Positions 1-7,920 of a stretch of 35,959 bases of DNA are shown here, piece by piece; position 1 is the stretch's first letter, and each line of letters opens with the position of its first letter. Location of the stretch: assembly GCA_041676005.1 (NCBI GenBank), contig JBAYST010000002.1:1-35959 (forward strand), given 5' to 3'. A program made the position numbers and the translations under genes. Origin of the DNA: Bacilli bacterium (lineage in GTDB: Bacteria > Bacillota_I > Bacilli_A > RFN20 > CAG-826). Below the pieces are notes generated by a model that saw nothing but the letters and a program-made list of their open reading frames with translations, did not search any database and was not told where the DNA came from.

Positions 1-1
1 A

Positions 2-301
2 AAGTTTTTAACTGCTTTAGGAGATGACCTCAATATTTCTAATGCATTGATGGAACTTTTTGAAATCGTCAAAAAAGCAAATCAAATTTTAAGAGAAAAA
101 GAATTAGAAATTGAGAAATTAAAGGAAGTTTTCCAAACGATAGATGACATGTTATCTATTCTTGGAATTAATATTGAATATGTTAAACTGAACAAAACTG
201 ATAAAAAACTTTATGAAGATTATATCGAAGCGAAGAAAAATAAAAACTTTTTCCATAGTGATGAGCTTCGAAGTCAATTGATTAAAAAGGGAATAATTTA
301 A
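2..301 (+). CDS. cysS: cysteine--tRNA ligase, C-terminal fragment (5' end lies outside the window)
   Basis: Frame 2 is open from the window edge: KFLTALGDDLNISNALMELFEIVKKANQ... This matches the DDxNT..AL..LF segment near the C terminus of class I CysRS. Stop TAA at 299-301. The listed ORF start at 47 is an internal TTG. It is followed by rlmB and a SigH-like gene, as in the Bacillus cysS-mrnC-rlmB-yacP-sigH block. Confidence 0.8.
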   Translation, partial: KFLTALGDDLNISNALMELFEIVKKANQILREKELEIEKLKEVFQTIDDMLSILGINIEYVKLNKTDKKLYEDYIEAKKNKNFFHSDELRSQLIKKGII

Positions 302-313
302 AAGGAGAAGTTT

Positions 314-1096
314 ATGTTAGGAATTTTGCTTGAAGGATCTACAAGTCAAATGATCACAATCGATCAATGGATTGCCGAAAGGCTCAATAGTTGGACAATT
401 GGCGACCAATTTCCAATTGGGAACTTCGTTTTAGTCATCTGTGCTTTGCTATTGACTGTTCTTTTAGGAACTATCATCGGAGCCGAAAGAGAGACGCGTG
501 GTCGTTCTGCTGGACTTCGTACCCATCTTTTAGTTGCGGTTGGTTCATCGATTATCATGATTGTTTCGATTTATGGCTTTCCACTTCTCGACTCTGGCTT
601 CGCTCGAGACCCGGCACGTCTAGCCGCACAAGTTATTACCGGAATTGGATTTCTTGGAGCGGGAGCAATTATCCACAGCCAAGGTGGAATTAAAGGATTG
701 ACAACTTCTTCGACTATTTGGTTGGCGATGGCAATTGGTTTAGCGTGTGGTTCGATGAACTTTACGTTAGCAATTATCGGGACCACTATCGTCATGATTG
801 TTTTAGTTTCATTTAGAAAAGTTGAACTAAAATTAACCCGCAATAATCCATTAGTCATCATTGTTGCTGATGCATATCGACCAATCATGACCGATTTATT
901 AGCAATAGCTAAAAAGCATGATGCCGTCATCGGTGATATCGTCACTCAGCTTGTGAGTGACATTAAAGGTGAAAGAATTCAAATCACTTTCCGTCTCAGC
1001 GCCAAGAGTAGACAAAATCTCGATCAGGACTCATTCTTAAAAATGCTCAAGCAAACCGCAGGCATTATTGACATTCAAATTTTAAATCATCATTAA
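314..1096 (+). CDS. mgtC: MgtC/SapB family membrane protein with C-terminal soluble domain
   Basis: AGGAG lies about 7 nt upstream of ATG 314. LGTIIGAERETRGRSAGLRTHLLV and AAQVITGIGFLGAGAI...GLTTSSTIWLAMAIGLACG are the MgtC transmembrane core. The last ~90 aa are hydrophilic, like the MgtC C-terminal domain. Confidence 0.85.
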   Translation: MLGILLEGSTSQMITIDQWIAERLNSWTIGDQFPIGNFVLVICALLLTVLLGTIIGAERETRGRSAGLRTHLLVAVGSSIIMIVSIYGFPLLDSGFARDPARLAAQVITGIGFLGAGAIIHSQGGIKGLTTSSTIWLAMAIGLACGSMNFTLAIIGTTIVMIVLVSFRKVELKLTRNNPLVIIVADAYRPIMTDLLAIAKKHDAVIGDIVTQLVSDIKGERIQITFRLSAKSRQNLDQDSFLKMLKQTAGIIDIQILNHH

Positions 1097-1119
1097 ATGT
1101 TTGAAAAAATTATAAAAAT

Positions 1120-1827
1120 ATGGCAACTTTAATTTACGGGCGAAATACAGTTCGCGCAGCCTTAGTTTCTTCTAAGACGAAGAATATATATGTAAGCACT
1201 TCTTTCAATGATAAAAAACTTTTAGCATTGGCTCAAAAAGAAGGAATTACAATCAAAGTTGTCTCGAATCAAATTTTAGACGCAATGGTTAAAGGCACTC
1301 ATCAAGGAATTGTAGCCGAAGTTGAGAGATACGAATATTCGTCTTTGGATGACATTATTCGCGAATCGAAAAAGGTTACAAGGCCGATCGTTTTACTTCT
1401 TGACGGAATCAATGATCCAGGAAATTTTGGAGCGATTCTCAGAAGCTGTGATGCTTTCGGCGTTTCTGGTGTCATTATTAAAAAACACGGACAAGTGATG
1501 CTCAATGCGACTGTTGCTAAAACTTCTACTGGAGCGATTAACTATGTTAAAGTCGCAATGGTCACTAATTTATCCCAGGCTATTGAACGGTTGAAAAAAG
1601 AAAACTTTTGGATTGTTTCTTCTGAGGGGGGCTCAGACACCAATTACCAAGATTTGAAATACGATTTCCCAGTCGCCTTAGTCATTGGAAGCGAAGGAGA
1701 AGGAATTTCTCCACTTCTAATCAAAAGGTCAGATTTTGTTGTTAAAATCCCAATGAAAGGGCACGTCAACTCCTTAAATGCTTCTGTTGCTACAGGAATT
1801 TTGTTGTCTTACATAAATATTAAGTAA
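1120..1827 (+). CDS. rlmB: 23S rRNA (guanosine-2'-O)-methyltransferase, SpoU/TrmH family (RlmB/YacO-like)
   Basis: N-terminal substrate-binding part, followed by the SpoU knot motifs GINDPGNFGAILRSCDAFG, LVIGSEGEGIS and NSLNASVATGILL. It sits downstream of cysS, as Bacillus yacO/rlmB does. Confidence 0.85.
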   Translation: MATLIYGRNTVRAALVSSKTKNIYVSTSFNDKKLLALAQKEGITIKVVSNQILDAMVKGTHQGIVAEVERYEYSSLDDIIRESKKVTRPIVLLLDGINDPGNFGAILRSCDAFGVSGVIIKKHGQVMLNATVAKTSTGAINYVKVAMVTNLSQAIERLKKENFWIVSSEGGSDTNYQDLKYDFPVALVIGSEGEGISPLLIKRSDFVVKIPMKGHVNSLNASVATGILLSYINIK

Positions 1828-1851
1828 CTGTCGCCGTAGAAAGGTTTTCAT

Positions 1852-2451
1852 ATGGAGAGGAAACACAAAGATCAGTATTTGATCTATTTATTGAAATGTG
1901 GAAATAAAGAGGCACAAAAAATCTTTTTTGATCGCTACATTTATTTAGCCAAGGTCATCGGAGGCGATTTTTATCGCAGCAATTATTTGCCCGGGATGAC
2001 CGCAGATGACATTTCGGCAATTTATATTGCCAACATCCATGTTGCTTTAAAATTTTATAATGAAAAAATCGGAAGTTTTAAAGCTTTTTGGAAGCAAATT
2101 TCTTTTCACGAATCCATGAAATTTGTCAGTGAGAACATGAGACACTTTCGTCCTGGCAATATTTCTTTAAATCAAGTTATCGATGAAGATGGCGAAACGA
2201 CTGTTGAAGAGATTATTGGTTTTAACGACGATGATATTTCCATTAAACTCGCAATAGATGATATCGTTTATCAAATTGAAGAAAATGAGAATTCGTCGTT
2301 AACAAGCGAAGAAAGAGATGTCTTTATTCATTATTCAATGGGCTTTTCGTACCAAGAAATTGCAGAAAAGAGAAAAAGCGATATAAAGCATATTCGCTAC
2401 ATTTATGCACGCGCAAAGAAAAAACTCGCCGAAACAACTAATTTTAAATAA
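1852..2451 (+). CDS. alternative sigma-70 family factor, SigH-like
   Basis: 199 aa. The region 2 segment GSFKAFWKQISFHESMKFV resembles Bacillus SigH (SFKAFAELCITRQIITAI). Region 4 carries the HTH LTSEERDVFIHYSMGFSYQEIAEKRKSDIKHIRYIYARAKKKL. It lies just after rlmB, the position sigH occupies in Bacillus. Confidence 0.75.
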   Translation: MERKHKDQYLIYLLKCGNKEAQKIFFDRYIYLAKVIGGDFYRSNYLPGMTADDISAIYIANIHVALKFYNEKIGSFKAFWKQISFHESMKFVSENMRHFRPGNISLNQVIDEDGETTVEEIIGFNDDDISIKLAIDDIVYQIEENENSSLTSEERDVFIHYSMGFSYQEIAEKRKSDIKHIRYIYARAKKKLAETTNFK

Positions 2452-2467
2452 TGTCATTATTTCTTTA

Positions 2468-2476
2468 TGCTATAAT
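2468..2476 (+). promoter_or_regulatory. extended -10 promoter element (TGCTATAAT) for the ecf operon
   Basis: TGnTATAAT at 2468-2476. ATG of ecfA1 is at 2485, only 8 nt past the hexamer, and no Shine-Dalgarno lies between them. Confidence 0.5.
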
Positions 2477-2484
2477 TCATTGAT

Positions 2485-3300
2485 ATGAATGCGTTAGAAA
2501 TAAAAGAACTTTCCTTTAGTTATGATGGTGTGACAAATGTTGTAGATAACATCACTTTTTCACTCGAAAAAGGAAAATTCGTTTCAATAATCGGGCACAA
2601 CGGTTCAGGGAAATCAACGCTTGCTAAACTGATTATTGGATTATTGACTAAAAAAAGTGGTTCAATCCGTGTTTTTGAGTGCGAATTAGATGAAAAAAGC
2701 GTTAAGGATATTAGAAAGAAAATTGGAATCGTCTTTCAAAATCCTGATAATCAATTCATCGCTACGACTGTTGAAGACGATATTGCTTTTGGCTTAGAAA
2801 ATAATCAGATTTCTCAACAAAAAATGGTTGAATTAGTCAATGAATTTGCTTTAAAAGTCGGTATGGAAAAATTTATGAATAAAGAGCCGGCCAATCTTTC
2901 AGGCGGTCAAAAACAAAGAGTGGCAATCGCGGGTGTTTTGGCGATGATGCCGAATATTGTGATTTTTGACGAAGCGACATCAATGCTTGATCCCAAAGGA
3001 AAAGCAGACATTCGCGAATTGATTAAAAACATGCGTAAAAACAATCCGGAGATGACGGTTTTGTCAATTACGCACGACATCGAAGAGGCATTTTTAACTG
3101 ATGAAGTGATTGTCATGAACGAAGGAAAACTGATCAGACAGGGGACACCTTTAGAAGTTTTTGCAGATCGCGAAGTTCTCAAGGAAATTTCATTATCCGA
3201 ACCTTTCTTTTTAGAATTAAGGAACAAACTTTTAGTAGAAGGATATCAAGTAGATAAATGCGAGTCGCTCGAGGATTTAATGGAGTACTTATGCCAATAA
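2485..3300 (+). CDS. ecfA1: ECF transporter ATPase component A1
   Basis: Walker A GHNGSGKST, signature LSGGQKQRVAIAG, Walker B IVIFDEATSMLD, H-loop ITHD. First of two tandem ABC ATPases followed by ecfT and truA, which is the canonical Firmicutes arrangement. Confidence 0.93.
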   Translation: MNALEIKELSFSYDGVTNVVDNITFSLEKGKFVSIIGHNGSGKSTLAKLIIGLLTKKSGSIRVFECELDEKSVKDIRKKIGIVFQNPDNQFIATTVEDDIAFGLENNQISQQKMVELVNEFALKVGMEKFMNKEPANLSGGQKQRVAIAGVLAMMPNIVIFDEATSMLDPKGKADIRELIKNMRKNNPEMTVLSITHDIEEAFLTDEVIVMNEGKLIRQGTPLEVFADREVLKEISLSEPFFLELRNKLLVEGYQVDKCESLEDLMEYLCQ

Positions 3301-4142
3301 AAGTCGAAAACTTATTTCATACATATGCACTCAAAACTCCGTTTCAATCCGAGGCAGTTAATGGAGTTAGTTTTGAAATTGAAGATCACGCTTACGTTGC
3401 GTTCATCGGTCCGACAGGAAGCGGCAAAACCACAATCATTCAGCACTTAAACGCACTTCTTAAACCGACAAAAGGAACGATTGTTGTTGATGATTTTGTT
3501 ATAGATAACAAAAAGAATAAAAAAATCAAAGAACTCCGCAAGCATGTCGGAGTGGTATTTCAATTTCCCGAATATCAATTGTTTGAAGAAACAGTTGAAA
3601 AAGATGTCGCTTTCGGACCGAAAAATTTCGGACTTAAAGATGAAGAAGCTTTACAAAAAGCACACAGAGCACTTTTGTCTGTTGGCCTAGATGAATCTTA
3701 TTTTAAACGTTCGCCTTTTGAGTTATCAGGTGGAGAAAGACGAAGGGTGGCAATCGCTGGCATATTAGCAATAGAACCGGATATTTTAGTTTTAGATGAA
3801 CCAACCGCAGGTCTTGACCCCCGAGGTACGACAGAAATTATGAATTTAGTCGATAAAATGCATAAAAATGGAACGATGGTCATTCTTGTTTCTCATGATA
3901 TGGAGTTAGTTTTAAAATACGCCGAAAAAGTTTTTGTCGTAAAAGATGGAAAAATATTATTCGAGGGCACACCGCAAGGCGCCTTTATGAATTTAGATGA
4001 AAGTTCTGGAATCGAAGTCCCAGAAATATTCACCTTTGCACAAAAACTAAAAAAACGCGGTTTTGATATCGATTTTGAAAAAATCAAAAACATCGATGAT
4101 TTAATCTTACAAATCTCGATAAATAAGGAGAAACGATCATGA
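3291..4142 (+). CDS. ecfA2: ECF transporter ATPase component A2
   Basis: Start reassigned to ATG 3291 (MPIKVENLFHTY), with GGAG 7 nt upstream. It overlaps the ecfA1 stop; the listed 3258 start is an upstream extension. Walker A GPTGSGKTT, signature LSGGERRRVAIAG, Walker B ILVLDEPTAGLD, H-loop VSHD. Confidence 0.93.
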   Translation: MPIKVENLFHTYALKTPFQSEAVNGVSFEIEDHAYVAFIGPTGSGKTTIIQHLNALLKPTKGTIVVDDFVIDNKKNKKIKELRKHVGVVFQFPEYQLFEETVEKDVAFGPKNFGLKDEEALQKAHRALLSVGLDESYFKRSPFELSGGERRRVAIAGILAIEPDILVLDEPTAGLDPRGTTEIMNLVDKMHKNGTMVILVSHDMELVLKYAEKVFVVKDGKILFEGTPQGAFMNLDESSGIEVPEIFTFAQKLKKRGFDIDFEKIKNIDDLILQISINKEKRS

Positions 4143-5008
4143 CATCCGTCACGTTTGGGCGTTATGCTCCTTATAACACTTTCATCCACCGACTTGATCC
4201 GAGAAATAAAATTATTTTAATGGTTCTTTTAATGGTGACGATTTTTTTACCTTTCAGCGTTTGGTCGACAAGTCTTATTATGTCTTCGATATATCTAATG
4301 ATATTAGTTATTGTCATGCTCATCGCGAAAGTCAGTTTTATCAATTTGTTTAAAAGTTTAAAAGCAATGTGGTTCTTAATTTTATTTTTATTAATAGTTT
4401 ACATATTCATCCCAAATCCAACCTATACGCATGTCGCTTTTTCTATTAAATCGTTTGATGTTTATTGGGATGCGTTTTATCAAAGCGCATACATTGTCTT
4501 ACGTTTGATTTTAATGATTTGCATCACAACGATTTTAACCAGCACGACTAAACCGCTTGATTTGACCTATGCTTTAGAATGGTATTTGGTGCCTCTTAAA
4601 GTGATTAAATTCCCAACGCACGAAGTAGCGATGACAATCTCAATAGCATTGAGATTTATTCCTACCATCCTTGATGAAACAGACCGGATTATGAAAGCCC
4701 AGACTTCAAGAGGTGCAGAATTCAATCACGGAAGATTATTTAAAAGATTCAAAGCTATTATTTCTTTAATCGTTCCTCTTTTTATATCAGCCTTTGAACG
4801 AAGTGGACAATTAGCAGAAGCGATGGAGGCTCGCGGTTATGATCCAAGAGCGAAAAGAACCCGTTATAGAACTTTAAAATTCCATTGGACGGATGCTGTT
4901 TCCTTTTTGTTAATCGGAGCAATTTTTGCAGGAGTTTTATATTTAACTATCGCTCACAAGGATATGAATTTAATCACCGAAATTTTCAAAGTAGAGGTTA
5001 GTTTCTGA
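4139..5008 (+). CDS. ecfT: ECF transporter transmembrane (T) component
   Basis: ATGA overlap with the ecfA2 stop. Polytopic membrane protein with the CbiQ/EcfT coupling-helix motifs (ALRFIPTILDETDRIMKAQTSRG and ERSGQLAEAMEARG). Confidence 0.92.
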   Translation: MTSVTFGRYAPYNTFIHRLDPRNKIILMVLLMVTIFLPFSVWSTSLIMSSIYLMILVIVMLIAKVSFINLFKSLKAMWFLILFLLIVYIFIPNPTYTHVAFSIKSFDVYWDAFYQSAYIVLRLILMICITTILTSTTKPLDLTYALEWYLVPLKVIKFPTHEVAMTISIALRFIPTILDETDRIMKAQTSRGAEFNHGRLFKRFKAIISLIVPLFISAFERSGQLAEAMEARGYDPRAKRTRYRTLKFHWTDAVSFLLIGAIFAGVLYLTIAHKDMNLITEIFKVEVSF

Positions 5009-5748
5009 TGAAAATTTTAGGAAAAGTTGAATATGTTGGAACCGCGTATAATGGTTGGCAAAAACAAAAAAACGGAAAGACAATTCAAAACGTTATAGAA
5101 AGTGTTTTATCAAAAATTTTTAACACAGAAATTACAATTTATGGGTCTGGTAGAACCGATGCCGGAGTGCATGCTAGCGGACAAAGATTTCACTTTGAGG
5201 TTGCAAAAGAAAAGATTGATTTAGGTCTTTTAAAACACGGTATAAATACAATTTTACCAGATGATATTCGAATCATTTCATTGGTGAAAGTAGATTCAAA
5301 TTTTGATGCTAGAAAAAGCGCAAAAAAGAAAATTTATGAATACGCAATAATTTTTGGAGAAGCAAAAGTCTTTCAAAAACCTTACTTCTGCGAGGTCAAA
5401 CGACAAATCTCGCGTGAAAATTTTGAAAAAACCTTAAATTTATTTGTTGGTAAACATAACTTTTCTTCTTTCACTTCAAAGGTTAATGATGAAAATAATT
5501 TTGTTCGAACGATTTATTCCATCGAAATAAAAAACGATGGCAATCAAGCTATTGTCACTTTAATCGGAGATGGTTTTATGAAATATATGATTCGTTATTT
5601 GATTGGCGTTGCATTAGCTGTTGCGAATGGGAAAATGACTCTTGAAGAAGTCAAAAAACGCTTAGAGTTTTCATCCTCTCGACAGGTAACTTCTTTTAAA
5701 GCTCCGGCTAACGGACTCACTCTTGTTGATGTCTTGTACAACCTTTAA
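5008..5748 (+). CDS. truA: tRNA pseudouridine(38-40) synthase
   Basis: TGATG overlap with the ecfT stop. Catalytic motif GSGRTDAGVHA. The ecfT-truA-rplM neighbourhood is as in Bacillus. Confidence 0.92.
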   Translation: MKILGKVEYVGTAYNGWQKQKNGKTIQNVIESVLSKIFNTEITIYGSGRTDAGVHASGQRFHFEVAKEKIDLGLLKHGINTILPDDIRIISLVKVDSNFDARKSAKKKIYEYAIIFGEAKVFQKPYFCEVKRQISRENFEKTLNLFVGKHNFSSFTSKVNDENNFVRTIYSIEIKNDGNQAIVTLIGDGFMKYMIRYLIGVALAVANGKMTLEEVKKRLEFSSSRQVTSFKAPANGLTLVDVLYNL

Positions 5749-5796
5749 CTATTGAATTATTTTTGATAATATATCAAACGAAGAGAGGAACTGATA

Positions 5797-6504
5797 ATGG
5801 GAAGACATTTTGAAGTTAGAGCAAAATCTATGGCTGCAACTGCGGCTAAGAAATCTGCTCTTTATATGCGAGCGAGCAAAGAAATTTATATCGCCGCAAA
5901 ATCTGGTGTGCCAGACCCAAATAGCAACTTAGCGTTAAGATCTGCAATCGACAAATGGAAAGGACAATCTGTTCCCAAAGACATCATTGATCGCGCAATA
6001 AAAAAAGCAATTGGCGGAGAAATCGAAAATTATATTGAAGGCCGTTATGAAGCGTTTGGACCAGGCGGTTCTTTTGTTGTGGTTGATACTCTTTCCGATA
6101 ATGTGAATCGCGCTTTATCGGATGTTCGAACAGTCATTTCTAAAAAAGGAGGCCATCTAGGTTCTGTTTTATATAACTTTTTTGAAGCCGGAGTTTTTGT
6201 TTATAAAGGTGAAAATAAAATTGAAGTAGAAGAAGAACTTATATTAGGAGATGTCGACTTACAAGAAATTACAATTGAGGATGGAATCATAAATGCGCTG
6301 GTTGCGCCGACAGATTTTCAAAAGGCAAAAGAAGTTTTGAAAAGTTTAGGAGTTGAAGAATTTGAAACATGTGAAATCATGCTTCTTGCAAATGAACAAA
6401 TAAATTTGGAAGATCCGGAAGACTTGAAAAAATTCAATGAATTACTCGATGCACTTGACGAATTACAAGACGTGCAAGCCGTTCATCACAATGTAAATTT
6501 ATAA
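5797..6504 (+). CDS. yebC: YebC/PmpR family DNA-binding regulator
   Basis: MGRHFEVRAKSMAATAAKKSALYMRASKEIYIAAKSG.PDPNSNLALRSAIDKWKGQSVPKDIIDRAIKKA is the conserved YebC/YeeN N-terminal region. 235 aa is the typical length. SD GAGAGGAA lies upstream. Confidence 0.88.
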   Translation: MGRHFEVRAKSMAATAAKKSALYMRASKEIYIAAKSGVPDPNSNLALRSAIDKWKGQSVPKDIIDRAIKKAIGGEIENYIEGRYEAFGPGGSFVVVDTLSDNVNRALSDVRTVISKKGGHLGSVLYNFFEAGVFVYKGENKIEVEEELILGDVDLQEITIEDGIINALVAPTDFQKAKEVLKSLGVEEFETCEIMLLANEQINLEDPEDLKKFNELLDALDELQDVQAVHHNVNL

Positions 6505-6505
6505 G

Positions 6506-6525
6506 AAACTGGGCTCCAGTTTTTT
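6506..6525 (+). terminator. intrinsic terminator after yebC
   Basis: AAACTGG-gct-CCAGTTT hairpin followed by a T6 run, 2 nt after the yebC stop. The stem is short and AT-rich, so support is only moderate. Confidence 0.6.
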
Positions 6526-6669
6526 ATTAAACGTTCAATTCACAAATATTAAACTTTTTATTCGCAAAAAAGAATTTATAAAATTTTAAAAATAATTACA
6601 TAAAAAAGTCATTTGTAAGACTTACAAACAACAATTTCACTCTTTTTGTTTCCATTAAGGAAATTATCA

Positions 6670-6698
6670 TTGACTTTAACAGTAGAAATATATAATAT
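6670..6698 (+). promoter_or_regulatory. sigma-A type promoter for rplM-rpsI
   Basis: TTGACT at 6670-6675, then TATAAT at 6691-6696 (15-nt spacer) or TAATAT at 6693-6698 (17-nt spacer). This leaves a 5' UTR of about 65 nt before ATG 6767. Confidence 0.6.
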
Positions 6699-6766
6699 TT
6701 AACTCGGCACAATCGCCAAAACTAGTAGTCCCGGTAAGATTTACAAGTTTGGTAAGGAGGAAAGTT

Positions 6767-7210
6767 ATGCAACGTCAAACATCTATTGCAAAACCAAAGG
6801 AAATCCAACGCAAATGGTATGTCATTGATGCAACTGACAAACCGCTTGGTCGTTTAGCCAGCGAAGTCGCCGTTATTTTAATGGGAAAAAATAAGCCAAT
6901 TTTTACCCCTAACGTCGATTGCGGTGATTTTGTGATCATTGTCAACGCTGAAAAAGTTGCTTTGTCTGGTAAAAATATATTGATCAATAAAGTTTATTAC
7001 AATGCTTCAGGTTACACTGGTGGTCTTCGTAAAAGAACTGCAAAAGAAATGATTGAAAAATATCCAGAAGAAATGGTGGAACGCTCAGTCCACGGTATGT
7101 TACCAAAGGGAAAACTAGGAAGAGCTATCGAGAAAAAACTCTTCGTTTATAAAGGCCCAGAGCACAAACACGAAGCTCAAAAACCAGAAATTCTTGAGCT
7201 TAAATATTAG
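6767..7210 (+). CDS. rplM: 50S ribosomal protein L13
   Basis: Start reassigned to ATG 6767 ([22 protein letters not shown]), with AAGGAGG 6 nt upstream; the listed 6749 start is an upstream extension. L13 hallmark sequence throughout. Confidence 0.96.
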   Translation: MQRQTSIAKPKEIQRKWYVIDATDKPLGRLASEVAVILMGKNKPIFTPNVDCGDFVIIVNAEKVALSGKNILINKVYYNASGYTGGLRKRTAKEMIEKYPEEMVERSVHGMLPKGKLGRAIEKKLFVYKGPEHKHEAQKPEILELKY

Positions 7211-7221
7211 GAGGAATCATA

Positions 7222-7620
7222 ATGGCTAAAAAAAGTGATGTCCAATATTATGGAACCGGTCGTCGAAAATCATCGATTGCCCGCGTTTATATCACCCCTG
7301 GAAAAGGCAAAATCATCGTCAATGCACGTGACGTGAATGAATACATGCCTTATGAGACGCTTGTCATGGATTTAAAGCAACCATTAGTTTTAACTAACAC
7401 GCTTGAAAAGTATGATATTAATGCGACTGTTAAAGGTGGAGGATTTACTGGTCAAGCAGGAGCGATTCGTCTTGGTATCGCCCGAGCTTTACTCGAAGCC
7501 GGTGTCGATCGTAAAACTTTAAAAATCGCAGGTTTCATCACTCGTGATGCTCGTGCGAAAGAAAGAAAGAAATACGGTCTTAAAGCCGCTCGTCGCGCCC
7601 CACAATTCTCTAAACGTTAA
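7222..7620 (+). CDS. rpsI: 30S ribosomal protein S9
   Basis: AGGAGG upstream. [14 protein letters not shown] at the N terminus and the C-terminal [25 protein letters not shown] are diagnostic for S9. Confidence 0.97.
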   Translation: MAKKSDVQYYGTGRRKSSIARVYITPGKGKIIVNARDVNEYMPYETLVMDLKQPLVLTNTLEKYDINATVKGGGFTGQAGAIRLGIARALLEAGVDRKTLKIAGFITRDARAKERKKYGLKAARRAPQFSKR

Positions 7621-7641
7621 CCGTTTCGGAATAAAAACTTT

Positions 7642-7667
7642 AAACCCGCATTCATATGCGGGTTTTT
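7642..7667 (+). terminator. intrinsic terminator after rpsI
   Basis: AAACCCGCA-ttcata-TGCGGGTTT hairpin followed by a T run. Confidence 0.85.
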
Positions 7668-7681
7668 GAATAAAAATGCGA

Positions 7682-7710
7682 TTGATTTTCAAAAAATGAT
7701 ATAGTATATT
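7682..7710 (+). promoter_or_regulatory. sigma-A type promoter for tRNA-Ile
   Basis: TTGATT (7682-7687), 17-nt spacer, TATATT (7705-7710), 24 nt upstream of the tRNA 5' end. Confidence 0.65.
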
Positions 7711-7734
7711 ATTTAAGCGTCAATATCCGCATTT

Positions 7735-7811
7735 GGGCCTTTAGCTCAGTTGGTTAGAGCACTCCCCTGATAAGGGAGAGGTCGATAGTTCGAGTCTATT
7801 AAGGCCCACCA
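7735..7811 (+). tRNA. tRNA-Ile (anticodon GAU), CCA encoded
   Basis: Hand-folded cloverleaf: acceptor GGGCCTT/AAGGCCC, D arm GCTC..GAGC, anticodon stem CTCCC/GGGAG with loop CTGATAA, T arm ATAGT-TCGAGTC-TATT region, then A-CCA. Confidence 0.9.
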
Positions 7812-7822
7812 AATTCAATAAC

Positions 7823-7841
7823 AATGTCTACGGACATTTTT
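7823..7841 (+). terminator. short intrinsic terminator after tRNA-Ile
   Basis: AATGTC-tacg-GACATT hairpin followed by a T run. The stem is only 5-6 bp. Confidence 0.5.
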
Positions 7842-7875
7842 ATTTTAAAACTAAATTGTGTTCACTTTTCTTCTG

Positions 7876-7904
7876 TTGAAAAAATAGTGCTGATTTGCTA
7901 GTAT
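7876..7904 (+). promoter_or_regulatory. sigma-A type promoter for the tRNA Val-Thr-Leu cluster
   Basis: TTGAAA (7876-7881), 17-nt spacer, TAGTAT (7899-7904), 16 nt upstream of the tRNA-Val 5' end. Confidence 0.55.
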
Positions 7905-7920
7905 TATAAAGCATTTATTC

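Noticed and set aside
364-945. Antisense and alternative-frame ORFs of 60-160 aa listed throughout the track. Examples: 364-558(-), 391-693(+), 571-945(-), 2907-3227(-), 3893-4189(-), 14302-14685(+), 18002-18310(-), 19195-19671(-), 20434-20808(-), 29553-29891(-).
   Set aside because: Each lies entirely inside a well-supported conserved gene on the other strand or frame. They have no SD or promoter context and give low-complexity or motif-free translations. They are typical shadow ORFs of AT-rich coding DNA.
1330-1337. TACGAATA, the streptococcal ComX (cin-box) core, found inside rlmB and upstream of the SigH-like gene.
   Set aside because: It is a single 8-mer inside coding sequence about 520 nt from the nearest start, with no counterpart upstream of cinA, recA or recU. 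A chance occurrence is the simplest explanation.
3258-3290. Longer N-terminal extensions proposed by the ORF track for ecfA2 (3258), rplM (6749), sufC (17109), the ferredoxin (27129) and pgsA (34023).
   Set aside because: Each extension starts at a non-ATG or unsupported codon, lacks an SD, and adds non-conserved residues. A downstream ATG with a well-spaced SD yields the conserved N terminus.
6700-6766. Possible L13 ribosomal-protein leader structure in the rplM 5' UTR.
   Set aside because: I could not derive a convincing conserved helix by eye; only 3-bp pairings and a GGTAAG direct repeat are visible. A covariance-model search is needed before any call.
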